Program-made: the position numbers and the translations under genes
Source: Nitrospirota bacterium
GTDB taxonomy: Bacteria; Nitrospirota; JACRHJ01
Direction of reading: 5' to 3'
Assembly: GCA_963845245.1 (NCBI GenBank)
Contig: CAWJRJ010000017.1
Coordinates: forward strand, 128,001 to 192,000
Length of the DNA: 64,000 nucleotides
Part shown: in pieces, positions 26,398-36,643 of the stretch
Position numbering within the stretch: the stretch's first letter is position 1
Layout: each line of letters starts with the position of its first letter
Notes under the pieces: model-generated
The model's database searches: none
Seen by the model: the letters and a program-made list of their open reading frames with translations, nothing else
What the model was told of the DNA's origin: nothing

Positions 26398-29120
26398 ATG
26401 GAGGAGTGATGCAGCTCAAAATGATGCTTGACGGCGGGTGGGTTTCTTTCACCCCCGGCCAGACGATATTGGAAGTGGCCCAGGCCGCGGGCGTGCACAT
26501 ACCCACGCTCTGTTACTATAAAGAAGCGGACCACAAGGACATCTGCCGCATCTGCGTGGTGGAGGTCGAGGGCTCGGAGAGGCTGGTCCCCTCGTGCAGC
26601 ACGCCTGCGCGTGAGGGCATGGAGGTATGGACCAATACGGAACGGGTCATGCTGTCCCGCCGCAAGACTATAGATATGCTCCTTGCCTCGGGCAGACACG
26701 GCTGTTTCACGTGCGACGCTAACAGCGACTGCCGCCTGCAGGACCTGGCATACGCCCACGGTGCAACCATAGCCGAGTCCCTGCCGCCGTCTGATATGTT
26801 CCCCCAAGCATACGACGACCCGTTCATCTATCGCGACTACAGCAAGTGCATCCTGTGCGGACGGTGCTATGCCGCGTGCAACGAAGTACAGGTATACGGC
26901 GCGATAAAAAACCCGTTCGGTCGCCGTGAGGACCACCCCGGTCCGGAGGGCTGGTATCCGCTTCCGGACAAGGAAAAGTGCATGGTCTGCGGCCAGTGCA
27001 TCGACGCCTGTCCGGTGGGTGCGCTCGTCGAAAAGAACGCACGCGGCGCTGGACGCCGGTGGGAAACGGAAAAGACCTCCACGACCTGCACGTACTGCGG
27101 GGTGGGCTGCAACATAGAGTTGAACACGAAGGACGGACGGGTGGTGAAAGTAACCTCGGGCTCGGGCGTCGGAGTCAACGACGGTAGCCTTTGCGTGAAG
27201 GGGCGGTTCGGGTACGACTTTGTCAACAGCCCCGAAAGGCTCAAGAAGCCGCTCATCAGGACAAGCCCAAAGGATGCCGAAGTACCGACATTCCGCAAGG
27301 CGAGCTGGGAAGAGGCGCTTGGCCTGATAGCAGAAAAGTTCAATGCCGCGAGGGCAGACAACCCGGACAGCTTCGGCGCGTTCTCATCCGCCCGCTGCAC
27401 GAACGAGGAAAACTACACCTTCCAGAAGTTCGCCAGGGCGGTGATGGGTACCAATAACGTCGACCACTGTGCGAGGCTATGCCACTCATCCACCGTCTCA
27501 GGGCTCGCGATGTCTTTCGGGTCCGGAGCGATGACCAACAGCATTGCAGACCTGGCCAAAGATGCCGACGTCTACTTTATTATAGGTTCTAATACGACCG
27601 AGGCACATCCGGTCATAGCCATGAAGCTCAAGCAGGCCGTCAGGCACAGGGACGCAAAAATCATAGTGGCCGACCCGCGCAGGATAGACATGGTGGACCA
27701 CTCGGTCCTCTGGGTGCGTCAAAAGCCAGGCACGGATGTCGCGCTGTTGAACGGTATAATGCACGTGATCGCGCATGAGAAACAAGGCGAGAACAAGAAG
27801 TTCATCAAGGATAGGACCGAGAACTACGACGAGTTCTTCCAGGCGATAAAGGATTTCACGCCAGAGGAAGCCTCAAGGATAACGGGTGTCTCCGCTGCCG
27901 ACATACGCAAGGTAGCGGATATGATTATGGGCGCAAAGGCGATGAGCATCGTTTACTCGATGGGCATCACACAGCACACGACAGGCGTCGACAACGTGCT
28001 CTCCGTCGCGAACCTCGCGATGTTGACCGGCAATATAGGACGACCCGGCGCGGGCGTGAACCCCCTCCGTGGACAGAACAACGTCCAGGGCGGGTGTGAC
28101 ATGGGCGCGCTCCCCGGAGACCTGCCCGGCTACCAGAAGGTCTGGGACGAAAATGCGAGGGTGAAGTTCGAGAAGGCCTGGGGAGTGACATTAAAGGACA
28201 AGGCCGGCTTCACCGTCACCGAGATGATGGACGAGATCTACGCGAAGCGGATAAAGACACTTTACATAATGGGCGAGAACCCGGTGCTCTCAGACCCGGA
28301 CGGCAACCACGTCAAGAAGGCGCTCGCGAAGCTCGACTTCATGGTGGTGCAGGACATTTTCATGACCGAGACGGCGCAGTATGCGGACGTTATCCTGCCC
28401 GCGTCGTCATGGGCCGAGAAGGATGGCACTTTCACGAACACGGAGAGGCGTGTCCAACTCGTCCGGGCGGCCATACCGCCGGTCGGCGAGTCAAAGCCCG
28501 ATTGGAAGATAATATCGATGATAGCCGAGGCCATGGGCGTTGACGGGTTTAACTTCAGGTCAGCCAGAGGAATCTTTAACGAGATGGCGCCGCTCACCCC
28601 GCAGTACAAGGGCATGAGCTACAAGCGCCTTGAGGCCGAGGGCGGACTTTGCTGGCCGTGCACATCGCCCAAGCATCCCGGCACTCCGATACTGCACACC
28701 GAGAAGTTTACGAGGGGGCTGGGCAAGTTCCATGCAGTTGCATACAGGGCCCCGGCCGAGAACCCGGACGCAGAGTACCCGTTCCTGCTGACGACCGGCC
28801 GCATCCTCCAGCATTACCACACCGGGACTATGACGAGGAAGGTCGCGGGTTTGAACCACATAGTGCCTGAGGCGCTCATGGAGCTTAACCCGGCGGATGC
28901 CGAGGCGTTGGGCATCAAGGACCGCGAGATGGTCAAGGTGTCCTCCCGCAGGGGTGAGATAATCATCCGCACCAAGGTGACGTTCAAGGTGGCTAAGGGT
29001 GAGGTGTTTATTCCGTTCCACTTCGTAGAGGCCTCGGCGAACGTCCTGACGGCGGCCAACCTCGACCCTATCTCCAAGATACCGGAGTTCAAGGTAAGCG
29101 CGGTAAAAATCACCAAGTAA
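26394..29120 (+). CDS. fdhA: Mo/W formate dehydrogenase alpha subunit (Cys-type) with N-terminal NuoG-like FeS domains
   Basis: IPTLC..CRICVVEV, CILCGRC, CMVCGQCIDACP, TCTYCGVGC, DHCARLCHSST, PLRGQNNVQG, IPEFKVSAV. True start may be 26406 or 26409 after GGAGG. Confidence 0.93.
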   Translation: MNGGVMQLKMMLDGGWVSFTPGQTILEVAQAAGVHIPTLCYYKEADHKDICRICVVEVEGSERLVPSCSTPAREGMEVWTNTERVMLSRRKTIDMLLASGRHGCFTCDANSDCRLQDLAYAHGATIAESLPPSDMFPQAYDDPFIYRDYSKCILCGRCYAACNEVQVYGAIKNPFGRREDHPGPEGWYPLPDKEKCMVCGQCIDACPVGALVEKNARGAGRRWETEKTSTTCTYCGVGCNIELNTKDGRVVKVTSGSGVGVNDGSLCVKGRFGYDFVNSPERLKKPLIRTSPKDAEVPTFRKASWEEALGLIAEKFNAARADNPDSFGAFSSARCTNEENYTFQKFARAVMGTNNVDHCARLCHSSTVSGLAMSFGSGAMTNSIADLAKDADVYFIIGSNTTEAHPVIAMKLKQAVRHRDAKIIVADPRRIDMVDHSVLWVRQKPGTDVALLNGIMHVIAHEKQGENKKFIKDRTENYDEFFQAIKDFTPEEASRITGVSAADIRKVADMIMGAKAMSIVYSMGITQHTTGVDNVLSVANLAMLTGNIGRPGAGVNPLRGQNNVQGGCDMGALPGDLPGYQKVWDENARVKFEKAWGVTLKDKAGFTVTEMMDEIYAKRIKTLYIMGENPVLSDPDGNHVKKALAKLDFMVVQDIFMTETAQYADVILPASSWAEKDGTFTNTERRVQLVRAAIPPVGESKPDWKIISMIAEAMGVDGFNFRSARGIFNEMAPLTPQYKGMSYKRLEAEGGLCWPCTSPKHPGTPILHTEKFTRGLGKFHAVAYRAPAENPDAEYPFLLTTGRILQHYHTGTMTRKVAGLNHIVPEALMELNPADAEALGIKDREMVKVSSRRGEIIIRTKVTFKVAKGEVFIPFHFVEASANVLTAANLDPISKIPEFKVSAVKITK

Positions 29121-29149
29121 CCAAAGGCTACTATAATTGATATGAAAAT

Positions 29150-29174
29150 AAGAGGCTGAACGGCCTCTTTTTTT
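29150..29174 (+). terminator. Terminator after fdhA
   Basis: AAGAGGC-TGAACG-GCCTCTT-TTTTT. Confidence 0.75.
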
Positions 29175-29238
29175 CGTGTATTCCAGATTAATTCATTTTC
29201 CTTTTGCTTTTTGCTCCGCCAGTCCCTAGAATCAGATT

Positions 29239-30060
29239 ATGGAACCGCTTGACTCCCGAATAAACAGGGCAATGGCCGCCGGGCCGGACGCGATAGGCCC
29301 GATGCTTCGGGACCCGTCCGACAAGGTCATACTCGCCCTAATAGACAACCCGCACATAACCGAGGACCAGCTCCTGATACTTGCAAAGAGGCGTGACCTC
29401 CCCGGAGAGATACTTGGCATATTGTCGGCCCGGAAGTTCTCCGCCGAGGGCTACAGGGTGAAGCTTGCCCTGGTGAACAACCCGAAGACGCCCAGACGCA
29501 CAGCCCTTTCGATTGTGCGCGGCCTTGCATTCAGGGATATGGCGTTCGTTACAAGGAACAAGATGCTGCCCACCGAGCTTCGGCAGGCGGCGGAGGGGAT
29601 CCTGAAGGAGAAGATACCTTCGCTGCCAATGGGGATAAAGGTGACGCTGTCCCGTCAGGTGTCGGAAGATGTCCTGAAGGAGATGCTGAAAGACGGCACG
29701 CCGCAGTTGATCAGGGCATGTTTTGATAACACGCTGATGAGGGAGTCGGTGCTTGTCTGGGCTCTCAACCACGAGACGGTCCCGGCGGCTGTGATCGAGT
29801 TTATAGCGACAAGCCCAAAGTGGTCCGCGCCACCTAACGTGAAGTACGCGCTGGTGAGGAACAGGAACACGCCGATAGGGGATGCGATAAGGTTTGCCCG
29901 GGGTATGAAGTCCCAGGACCAGAGGATGCTCTACAACGACCCGACTGTGCCTGTGAACGTCAAGGTTCAGATAGAGATCGAGCTTGAGAAGAAAGGCCAG
30001 CCGCTCTCGCCACCGTCAGAGTCCGGCAGGATAATCGGCATACCGGACGAGGAAGGTTGA
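29239..30060 (+). CDS. Hypothetical protein with LRV/HEAT-like helical repeats
   Basis: Repeated ALIDNP / ALVNNPKTP / ALVRNRNTP units. Confidence 0.65.
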   Translation: MEPLDSRINRAMAAGPDAIGPMLRDPSDKVILALIDNPHITEDQLLILAKRRDLPGEILGILSARKFSAEGYRVKLALVNNPKTPRRTALSIVRGLAFRDMAFVTRNKMLPTELRQAAEGILKEKIPSLPMGIKVTLSRQVSEDVLKEMLKDGTPQLIRACFDNTLMRESVLVWALNHETVPAAVIEFIATSPKWSAPPNVKYALVRNRNTPIGDAIRFARGMKSQDQRMLYNDPTVPVNVKVQIEIELEKKGQPLSPPSESGRIIGIPDEEG

Positions 30061-30094
30061 CCACAGTTGCTCCGGAGCGTCCGAGGTCGATATG

Positions 30095-30305
30095 TTAATC
30101 CTGAACCGTATACCCAGCCTCTTTCACAGCATCCGCCATCTTCGACTTTGTCCACCTTTGATTCATCAAAAGTAACGTCGGCGGATTTTCCCGCGAGATC
30201 TACCCTTACATCTGCGACACCGTCGAGTTCCTTGAGCGCATTTCCCACATGCATTACGCAGTGGTTGCATGTCATCCCTGATACATTCAGTTTAATAGTT
30301 TTCAT
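30095..30305 (-). CDS. copZ: CopZ-like HMA copper chaperone (one extra A near 30147)
   Basis: GMTCNHC; removing one A gives ..VDKSKMADAVKEAGYTVQD*, the canonical HMA ending. Confidence 0.85.
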
Positions 30306-30315
30306 GATACCTTTC

Positions 30316-31053
30316 CTAGATTTTGCCTAACGGCAGATAGTCCATCAGCGTGTTTGATATTGCGCCGAACTGGCCGAGGAACATCAGTAACCCGACGGAT
30401 ATAAGAAGCAGGGCGGTCGCGACCTCGATGAACTTGAAGTGGCGCTTTACCTTGTTGAAAAGCGGCAGGAAGAAGTTTATGGCAATGGACGTCAGGAGGA
30501 ACGGAAGCGCAAGGCCCGCCGTATACAACGAGAGAAGCCTTATCGCAGTCCACTGGCTGTCGGCCGTGAGCCCCATACCGATGATGGACGCCAGGATCGG
30601 CCCGACGCAAGGCGTCCAGCCGGCCGAGAATGCTATGCCGATGAAGAACGAGCCTACATACCCGGCGCGTATGTTCCTTATCCTGGCCCGCTTCTCCCTG
30701 TACATCCATTTCATCTTGAACACGCCCAGGAAGTGCAGGCCGAACATGAATATTACGAAGCCGCCGACCTTGCCTATAAGGTCCCTGTGGGTCCTGAGAG
30801 CGGTGCTTATAAGCGTCGTCCCGGCGCCGAAGACGAAGATGAAGATAAAGGCGAATCCCAGGATGAAAAAGATGGTGTTCAGTATGACTCGCCTCTTGGC
30901 AGAGCCGTGCAGTTCCTTCGAATATTCCTCGATGGACATGCCGGTGATATAGGAGAGGTACGCAGGGATAAGCGGCAGCACGCAGGGCGAGAAAAAGGAG
31001 AGGAGCCCTGCGCTGAAGGCCACGAAGTAGGTAATGTCGTTATGTTCGAACAT
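30316..31053 (-). CDS. ccdA: CcdA/DsbD transmembrane disulfide reductase
   Basis: FFSPCVLPLIPAYLSY and GWTPCVGPIL; ATG at 31053 coupled to the upstream stop (TAATG). Confidence 0.92.
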   Translation of the reverse strand: MFEHNDITYFVAFSAGLLSFFSPCVLPLIPAYLSYITGMSIEEYSKELHGSAKRRVILNTIFFILGFAFIFIFVFGAGTTLISTALRTHRDLIGKVGGFVIFMFGLHFLGVFKMKWMYREKRARIRNIRAGYVGSFFIGIAFSAGWTPCVGPILASIIGMGLTADSQWTAIRLLSLYTAGLALPFLLTSIAINFFLPLFNKVKRHFKFIEVATALLLISVGLLMFLGQFGAISNTLMDYLPLGKI

Positions 31054-31643
31054 TACTTCGCCGGTGCCCCTTTGCCCACATATTCCTCGAACTCCATGTC
31101 TTTGTACTTGCCGCCCTTTATGTAATCCAGATATGCCAGGAACGAGTCCGGCGGCAGGAAGCCGTTTAAGAGCTTGGCCTTTTTGCCTTCCTTGTCGACA
31201 AACCAGATTGCTGGATAGCTGTTCACGCCGTATTTCTCGGCCAGCTCGGACATCGTCATCTTCCGCATCTCGTGGATGACGGAGTTGCCGGATTCGGCGT
31301 CGACCTTGACCGTGACGAAATTCTCTCTTAACGCCGCCACTACCTTTGGGTCCTTGTATGTCTCGGCATCCAGCTTTTTGCACCACTTGCACCATGTGGT
31401 ATAGAAGTCGATCATGACGAACTTGCCTTCCTTGCGCGCCTTCGCCATGCCGTCCTCATAGCTGTACCATTCGAGCTTGTTCTTCTCCGCTTCCTGGGCC
31501 GCGGATATCTCCTTGTGCATTTCCTTGACAGGGTTTGACTTCTGCTCGACCTCGGCTTTGTCCACCGCACCCGCGCACGATGTGAGCATTACCGTAACGG
31601 CGAACCCGGTAAATACGGATGTTAGGAACCTGGTAACCTGCAT
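31053..31643 (-). CDS. Thioredoxin-fold lipoprotein (SoxW/DUF255-like)
   Basis: Lipobox LTSC, FYTTWCKWC, YPAIWF. Confidence 0.88.
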   Translation of the reverse strand: MQVTRFLTSVFTGFAVTVMLTSCAGAVDKAEVEQKSNPVKEMHKEISAAQEAEKNKLEWYSYEDGMAKARKEGKFVMIDFYTTWCKWCKKLDAETYKDPKVVAALRENFVTVKVDAESGNSVIHEMRKMTMSELAEKYGVNSYPAIWFVDKEGKKAKLLNGFLPPDSFLAYLDYIKGGKYKDMEFEEYVGKGAPAK

Positions 31644-31670
31644 CTTGGGCCTCCTTGAGAAAAAGTCGGA

Positions 31671-32199
31671 TTATTTCTTCAGCGTCTTTAGGTAGTCGGA
31701 GTACTGGATGCCCTTTGCATAAGAGCCGCTCGTGATGAAAGTCAGGACCGGCTTGAAGTCCTCCGGCGGGCTGTAACCAGGCAGCGGGGCGATCTGCTTG
31801 CCGTCAGCATCGAAGAACCAGATGGTCGGGAAGCCGGTAACCTTGAACTGGGCCGCAAGGTCGTGCTCGGTCATCTCCTTGCCGCCCTCCATCACCTTGT
31901 TCTCGCTTTCGGCGTTTACCTTTATTACGACGAAGTCCCTGTTGAGGATCTCGACTATGGCCGGGTCCTTGTAAGTGGTCTCGTCCAGCATCTTGCAGTA
32001 CTTGCACCAGGTGGTGTAGAAGTCGACCATGACGGGCTTTTTGGTCTCTTTGGCCTTCTTCATCCCCTCGGTATAGCCCATCCAGTTGATTGCGCCTGCA
32101 GGTTGGGCGCTGCCTTGTTCGTTCTTCTTGTTACATGCCGCAACTCCCAAGCAAAAGCACAACCGCAACCAAGGCGGCCAAGCCCTTTGAAAATTTCAT
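31671..32199 (-). CDS. Second thioredoxin-fold lipoprotein (extra G in the signal peptide)
   Basis: FYTTWCKYC, FPTIWF; GGAGG and ATG at 32199 give MKFSKGLAALVAVVLLLGVAAC after removing one G. Confidence 0.85.
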
Positions 32200-32221
32200 T
32201 TAAAGTAATCCTCCCGGTTGA

Positions 32222-32521
32222 TTATTTTGTTTTTGTGCCAATGTATTTCGACGGGTTCTTGTCAAAGGACTTTTTGCAGGACGAACTGCAGAAATAGTAT
32301 GTCTTGTCCTTGTATTTTGAGCTGTATTTGCTGTCCGCGACTTTGACGTCCATGCCGCATACAGGGTCGATCACCACGTCCTGGGCGGTCGGGTCTTTAG
32401 AGGCCGCAGCCTCCTTGGAAGAACAGCATTTCTTGTCCTGCGAGCACTCCGAATATGCCGCACCTGCCGTAAAGGCGGTCAGTGCTGCAAACGACAGGAC
32501 AACTATAAGGGCTTTTTTCAT
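32222..32521 (-). CDS. Secreted YHS-domain metal-binding protein
   Basis: Signal peptide; DPVCGM..YKDKTYYFCSSSCKKSF..NPSKY. Confidence 0.88.
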   Translation of the reverse strand: MKKALIVVLSFAALTAFTAGAAYSECSQDKKCCSSKEAAASKDPTAQDVVIDPVCGMDVKVADSKYSSKYKDKTYYFCSSSCKKSFDKNPSKYIGTKTK

Positions 32522-32540
32522 AACGTACTCCTCTCTACTG

Positions 32541-33326
32541 TTATTGTTGCATCCGTTCCCTTTGCATCTTTTCCATCATCATCCGCTTCATGTCGTCCTC
32601 TACGCCGGGCTTCATGCCTCCACCTTGCATGCACGAACCGGGACGGTGTAGCCCCTTCAGGTTTTTAAGCTGGTCGGGGCTTAGTACATCCCTTGCCTGG
32701 GCTGAGTATCTAAGTACGGACGACCTAAGCGCAAGCCGCGCATCTTCAACCTGCTTAAGCATGGCCAACGCGTCGTCCAGCTTGAAGTCTGATTTTGTCA
32801 CTATGTCCGAAAGGTCGATTTCAGCCGCTTTAACCGCAGCCCCCTTGAGGACCATCTCCTTTTTGAGTGCGGACTGTAATTTTTCAAGGGCGGCTTCCTG
32901 GCTTTCATTGAGGTCCAGCTCGTCGCCGTGGGCAAGATAGTAATCGGGGGTCTTGCACGACTTTTGCATCGGAGGCCAGGTCATGGCGTCTATGTCCCCG
33001 TGCATGCCCATTTTCCCGGCGCCATTCATCATGTTCATTCCGCCTTTTTTCATCATGCAGTCCTTGCAGTCCGGGCCGCACATAGCCCCATCATGTTTCA
33101 TGCATGAACCTGCTTTGCCGCACGAGCCTTTTGCCATGGCATGCCCCATTGCGGGCATGTCCTCGTCGTCCGTCATGCCACCCATGCCACCCATATCTGG
33201 GGAAGTCTGTCCGACGGCTGCAGGGTCATCAGACGCGGTTTGCGGGATGTTTTCCTGTGCGAGTGCTAACAGAGGGAAATATAACGCAAAAACAAGAGAT
33301 ATCATTAATACGGTTGTCTTTTTCAT
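32541..33326 (-). CDS. Periplasmic Met/Cys-rich Spy/CpxP/ZraP-like protein
   Basis: Signal peptide, Met-rich low-complexity tract with [15 protein letters not shown] and VLSPDQ (LTXXQ-like) motifs. Confidence 0.7.
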   Translation of the reverse strand: MKKTTVLMISLVFALYFPLLALAQENIPQTASDDPAAVGQTSPDMGGMGGMTDDEDMPAMGHAMAKGSCGKAGSCMKHDGAMCGPDCKDCMMKKGGMNMMNGAGKMGMHGDIDAMTWPPMQKSCKTPDYYLAHGDELDLNESQEAALEKLQSALKKEMVLKGAAVKAAEIDLSDIVTKSDFKLDDALAMLKQVEDARLALRSSVLRYSAQARDVLSPDQLKNLKGLHRPGSCMQGGGMKPGVEDDMKRMMMEKMQRERMQQ

Positions 33327-33491
33327 TGCAACCCCCATTGTGGGTTATCGTTGATTAACCATGTAAAAGAATGGTTAAAGTATAACATGAAAAGACTCAA
33401 ATGCAACTATTTTTGGACGCGCGGACAGGCACAAGGGTCGAAGACGGCCAAGGTTAGGCTAAAGTATTATTATTGCCTTGGATTATGTCGA

Positions 33492-33520
33492 TTGACAAAA
33501 AAAAACCACCGGTTTACAAT
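33492..33520 (+). promoter_or_regulatory. Sigma70 promoter of mtnA
   Basis: TTGACA, 17-nt spacer, TACAAT. Confidence 0.7.
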
Positions 33521-33560
33521 AACGCGTATTCCTTTAATTTATAAACGCAAAGAGGGACAG

Positions 33561-34631
33561 ATGATACCTACGATTAATTGGAAAGACGGCAAGGTCTGTA
33601 TGTTGGACCAGACAAAACTCCCGACCGAGGTGATATATGTCGACTGCCTTGATTATAAAACCGTAGCGAAGGGGATAAAGGAGCTTTGGATACGCGGGGC
33701 TCCGGCAATCGGCATTGCGGCTGCCATGGGAATAGCGCTGGCCGCACAGGAGATAAAGGCAAGGGATTTTGATTCCTTTTACAAAAAGCTCTTGCCTGCC
33801 TGCGACCACCTCGCAGCCCAGAGGCCTACGGCGGTCAACCTCTTCTGGGCCATTGAGAGGATGAAGCGGTTTGCCGTAAAACACCGGGAAGAGAAGGTTT
33901 CAAGGCTCAAGGAACTCCTCATTGAAGAAGCCGAGAGGGTCCTGACCGAGGATATCGCCGTGAACCGCGCAATCGGCGAATACGGGGCACAGTTCATAAG
34001 AGACGGGGATACCATACTTACGCACTGCAACGCGGGCTCCCTGGCGACAGGCGGGTACGGCACTGCTACGGCGCCGATGAGAGTGGCAGTCGAGCAGGGC
34101 AAACGCATAAAGGTTTTCGCGGACGAGACGAGGCCGGTGCTTCAGGGTGCCAGGCTTACCGCCTGGGAGCTGATGCAGGACGGTATAGACGTGACGCTTA
34201 TAACCGACAATATGGCCGGCTACTTCATGCAGAAGGGCGAGATAGACCTTGCCATCGTTGGCACGGACAGGACCGTTAGAAACGGAGATGTCGCAAACAA
34301 GATAGGCACATACACGGTAGCCGTCTTATGTAAGGAGCACGATATCCCGTTTTATGTGGCCGCGCCAACCTCCACGATAGACCTCGACATGCCCTCGGGC
34401 GAACACATACCGATCGAGCAGAGGGACCCGAAAGAGGTTACAGAAGTCTTCGGGAAGGTCCGCATCGCGCCGGATGGAGTGAAGGTGGCTAACCCGGCAT
34501 TCGATGTCACCCCGGCAAGGTATATAACGGCGATAATTACCGAGAAAGGCGCGTTTAAACCCCGTGACATTCGGAAGCTCGGTTACAAAAGACCGGATTT
34601 CGGCTCGTTTATGATCTGCGGATGCGACTGA
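33561..34631 (+). CDS. mtnA: S-methyl-5-thioribose-1-phosphate isomerase
   Basis: [50 protein letters not shown]; start reassigned to ATG 33561. Confidence 0.95.
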   Translation: MIPTINWKDGKVCMLDQTKLPTEVIYVDCLDYKTVAKGIKELWIRGAPAIGIAAAMGIALAAQEIKARDFDSFYKKLLPACDHLAAQRPTAVNLFWAIERMKRFAVKHREEKVSRLKELLIEEAERVLTEDIAVNRAIGEYGAQFIRDGDTILTHCNAGSLATGGYGTATAPMRVAVEQGKRIKVFADETRPVLQGARLTAWELMQDGIDVTLITDNMAGYFMQKGEIDLAIVGTDRTVRNGDVANKIGTYTVAVLCKEHDIPFYVAAPTSTIDLDMPSGEHIPIEQRDPKEVTEVFGKVRIAPDGVKVANPAFDVTPARYITAIITEKGAFKPRDIRKLGYKRPDFGSFMICGCD

Positions 34632-34643
34632 ACATAGAGGCAT

Positions 34644-36638
34644 ATGATGGCGTTTAAAGGTCTTAGATTAAAGTTCGGTGTGCTGATAATCGTACTCACT
34701 GTATTGTGGCTGTCATCCATGCTTTACCTGGCCCTTTTCAGCTCGCACTCTATTGGCCACTCCGAGGCCGCCGGGAAAGCCGCACCGGTCGCGAGTGCGG
34801 TAGCGTCGTTGATAGCGGAGGACATGGACGGCTCAAATTATACAAGGCTTGAAACGGCCGTGAACGATATCCTCGCAAATAACAGCGAGGTCGCATATGT
34901 TAAGCTGGAAGACGCCTCAGGCAAGGTATTGAAAGAGGGCTCCAGGTCAAACGTCAAAGGGTTGGCCCTGGTCGTCAAGGAAGTAAAAAGGGATGGCCGT
35001 GCCTTGGGCAAGGTCACTGTGGGCGTGGTGCCTTCCGGTCAGGGAAGGGTATTCTCGGACTATTTGGTATGGATCCCGATAAATGGCATACTTGCACTCA
35101 TGAGCCTTTATGTCATAGTCGTCTGTTTCAACAGGTGGGTGTTGGTACCCCTCGGCAGGATGAACAAGATGCTTGAAGGGATGGCGGCAGGCGGAGGCGA
35201 CCTTACCCAACGCCTTGAGGCGGACTCCAAAGACGAGATCGGCGAGATGGCCAAAAACCTCAACACCTTCCTTGGTACATTGCACGAGGTGGTAAAGGAG
35301 GCGCAGGAATCCTCAAACAGGTTGCTTGTCTTCTCTGAAGCTATCGGGGAGAAGTCGAAGAAGTTTATTGAAAGCGCCCAGGAACAGGCACGTGCGACTA
35401 ACGACAACTTCAGGGCTTTGGAGAGGATGGACCTCTCCGTCCAGGACGTGGCGGGAAGCGCGGAAAGCCTGAGCCTGACATCCGTGGACAGCTCAGCGAC
35501 CGTGACCGAGATGGCGGCCCAGGTCGAGGTAGTCGCGGAGAGCACCATGGACCTTTCCGGACATGCAGAGGAGGCGTCCCTCTCCATCAGTGAGATGGCA
35601 AACTCCATAACTGAGGTGGCGGATAACGTCAAGATGCTGGCAGAGCTTGCGTCCGATACTGCGATGGCCATAAGCCAGATAGAAGAATCTATAGGTGAGG
35701 TTGAAGCGCGGGCCAAGGAGGCGGCAGCCATTTCGCAGGAGGTCGCGGAGGACGCCGACGTACTCGGCAACAAGGCCATTGCCAGGACTATCGACGGCAT
35801 GGAGCGCATACGCGAGAGCGTAGAGGACGCTTCGAGGGTGATTGAGGACCTTGGCGAAAGCTCCAAGGAGATAGGCCAAATAGTCAAGGTGATAGACGAA
35901 GTGACAAAACAGACCTCGCTGCTCGCCCTCAACGCTGCCATACTTGCAGCCCAGGCAGGCGAGCACGGCAAAGGGTTTTCGGTAGTTGCCAACGAGATAA
36001 AGGAACTTGCGGAAAGGACATCTGTTTCTACAGAAGAAATCACGAGGCTCGTAAAATCGGTACAACAGAGGTCGAAGGAAGCGGTCGAATCCATGCGCCA
36101 GGGCAGGGAGAGCGTCCTTGACGGTGCCAGGATAGCATACGGGGCCGCGGACGCCCTTCAGCAGATACTGAAGTCCTCCATGCATTCAAAGGATACGTCG
36201 GTTGCTATCGAGACTGCCACGACACAGCAGGTCGAGGCAGTAAGGCATCTCTCTGAGTCCATAATAAATGTTCACGAGAGGGTAAAGTCCATAGAGCATG
36301 CGACGCAGGAGCAGAGCAAGGGCAGTGGCCTGATATCCTCCGCAGCCGAGAAGATGAGCGATATCTCGATGGAAGTGAGGAAGGCCATGGCCGAGCAGGC
36401 TAGAGGGATAAAGGATTTCGCACGCAGCCTGGACGATACCAAGGAAATGGTGGGAAATATAGCCGAAGCCACAAAAAGCCAGAGCGAGAACAGCTCCGAG
36501 CTGGTCAGGTCGATGGAGAAGTTCCTTGAGATTGCACAGGTGAACTCAGACATATCGGCCGAACTTGATGAGATCGTGACCCAGCTACTCCTCCAGGCCG
36601 AGACAGTCAAACATGCAATGGGCAGGTTCAAGGTCTGA
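34644..36638 (+). CDS. Methyl-accepting chemotaxis protein
   Basis: Two TM helices, HAMP (GDLTQRL..DEIG), [34 protein letters not shown]. Confidence 0.95.
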   Translation: MMAFKGLRLKFGVLIIVLTVLWLSSMLYLALFSSHSIGHSEAAGKAAPVASAVASLIAEDMDGSNYTRLETAVNDILANNSEVAYVKLEDASGKVLKEGSRSNVKGLALVVKEVKRDGRALGKVTVGVVPSGQGRVFSDYLVWIPINGILALMSLYVIVVCFNRWVLVPLGRMNKMLEGMAAGGGDLTQRLEADSKDEIGEMAKNLNTFLGTLHEVVKEAQESSNRLLVFSEAIGEKSKKFIESAQEQARATNDNFRALERMDLSVQDVAGSAESLSLTSVDSSATVTEMAAQVEVVAESTMDLSGHAEEASLSISEMANSITEVADNVKMLAELASDTAMAISQIEESIGEVEARAKEAAAISQEVAEDADVLGNKAIARTIDGMERIRESVEDASRVIEDLGESSKEIGQIVKVIDEVTKQTSLLALNAAILAAQAGEHGKGFSVVANEIKELAERTSVSTEEITRLVKSVQQRSKEAVESMRQGRESVLDGARIAYGAADALQQILKSSMHSKDTSVAIETATTQQVEAVRHLSESIINVHERVKSIEHATQEQSKGSGLISSAAEKMSDISMEVRKAMAEQARGIKDFARSLDDTKEMVGNIAEATKSQSENSSELVRSMEKFLEIAQVNSDISAELDEIVTQLLLQAETVKHAMGRFKV

Positions 36639-36643
36639 AGCCT

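Noticed and set aside
27460..27500. Selenocysteine in formate dehydrogenase
   Set aside because: The active-site codon is TGC (Cys) in ARLCH; there is no in-frame TGA.
30316..34631. Extended ORF-track starts for ccdA (31395) and mtnA (33351), likewise aroA (46424) and mog (41838)
   Set aside because: The extensions overlap neighbouring genes or promoters; homology and RBS position indicate later starts.
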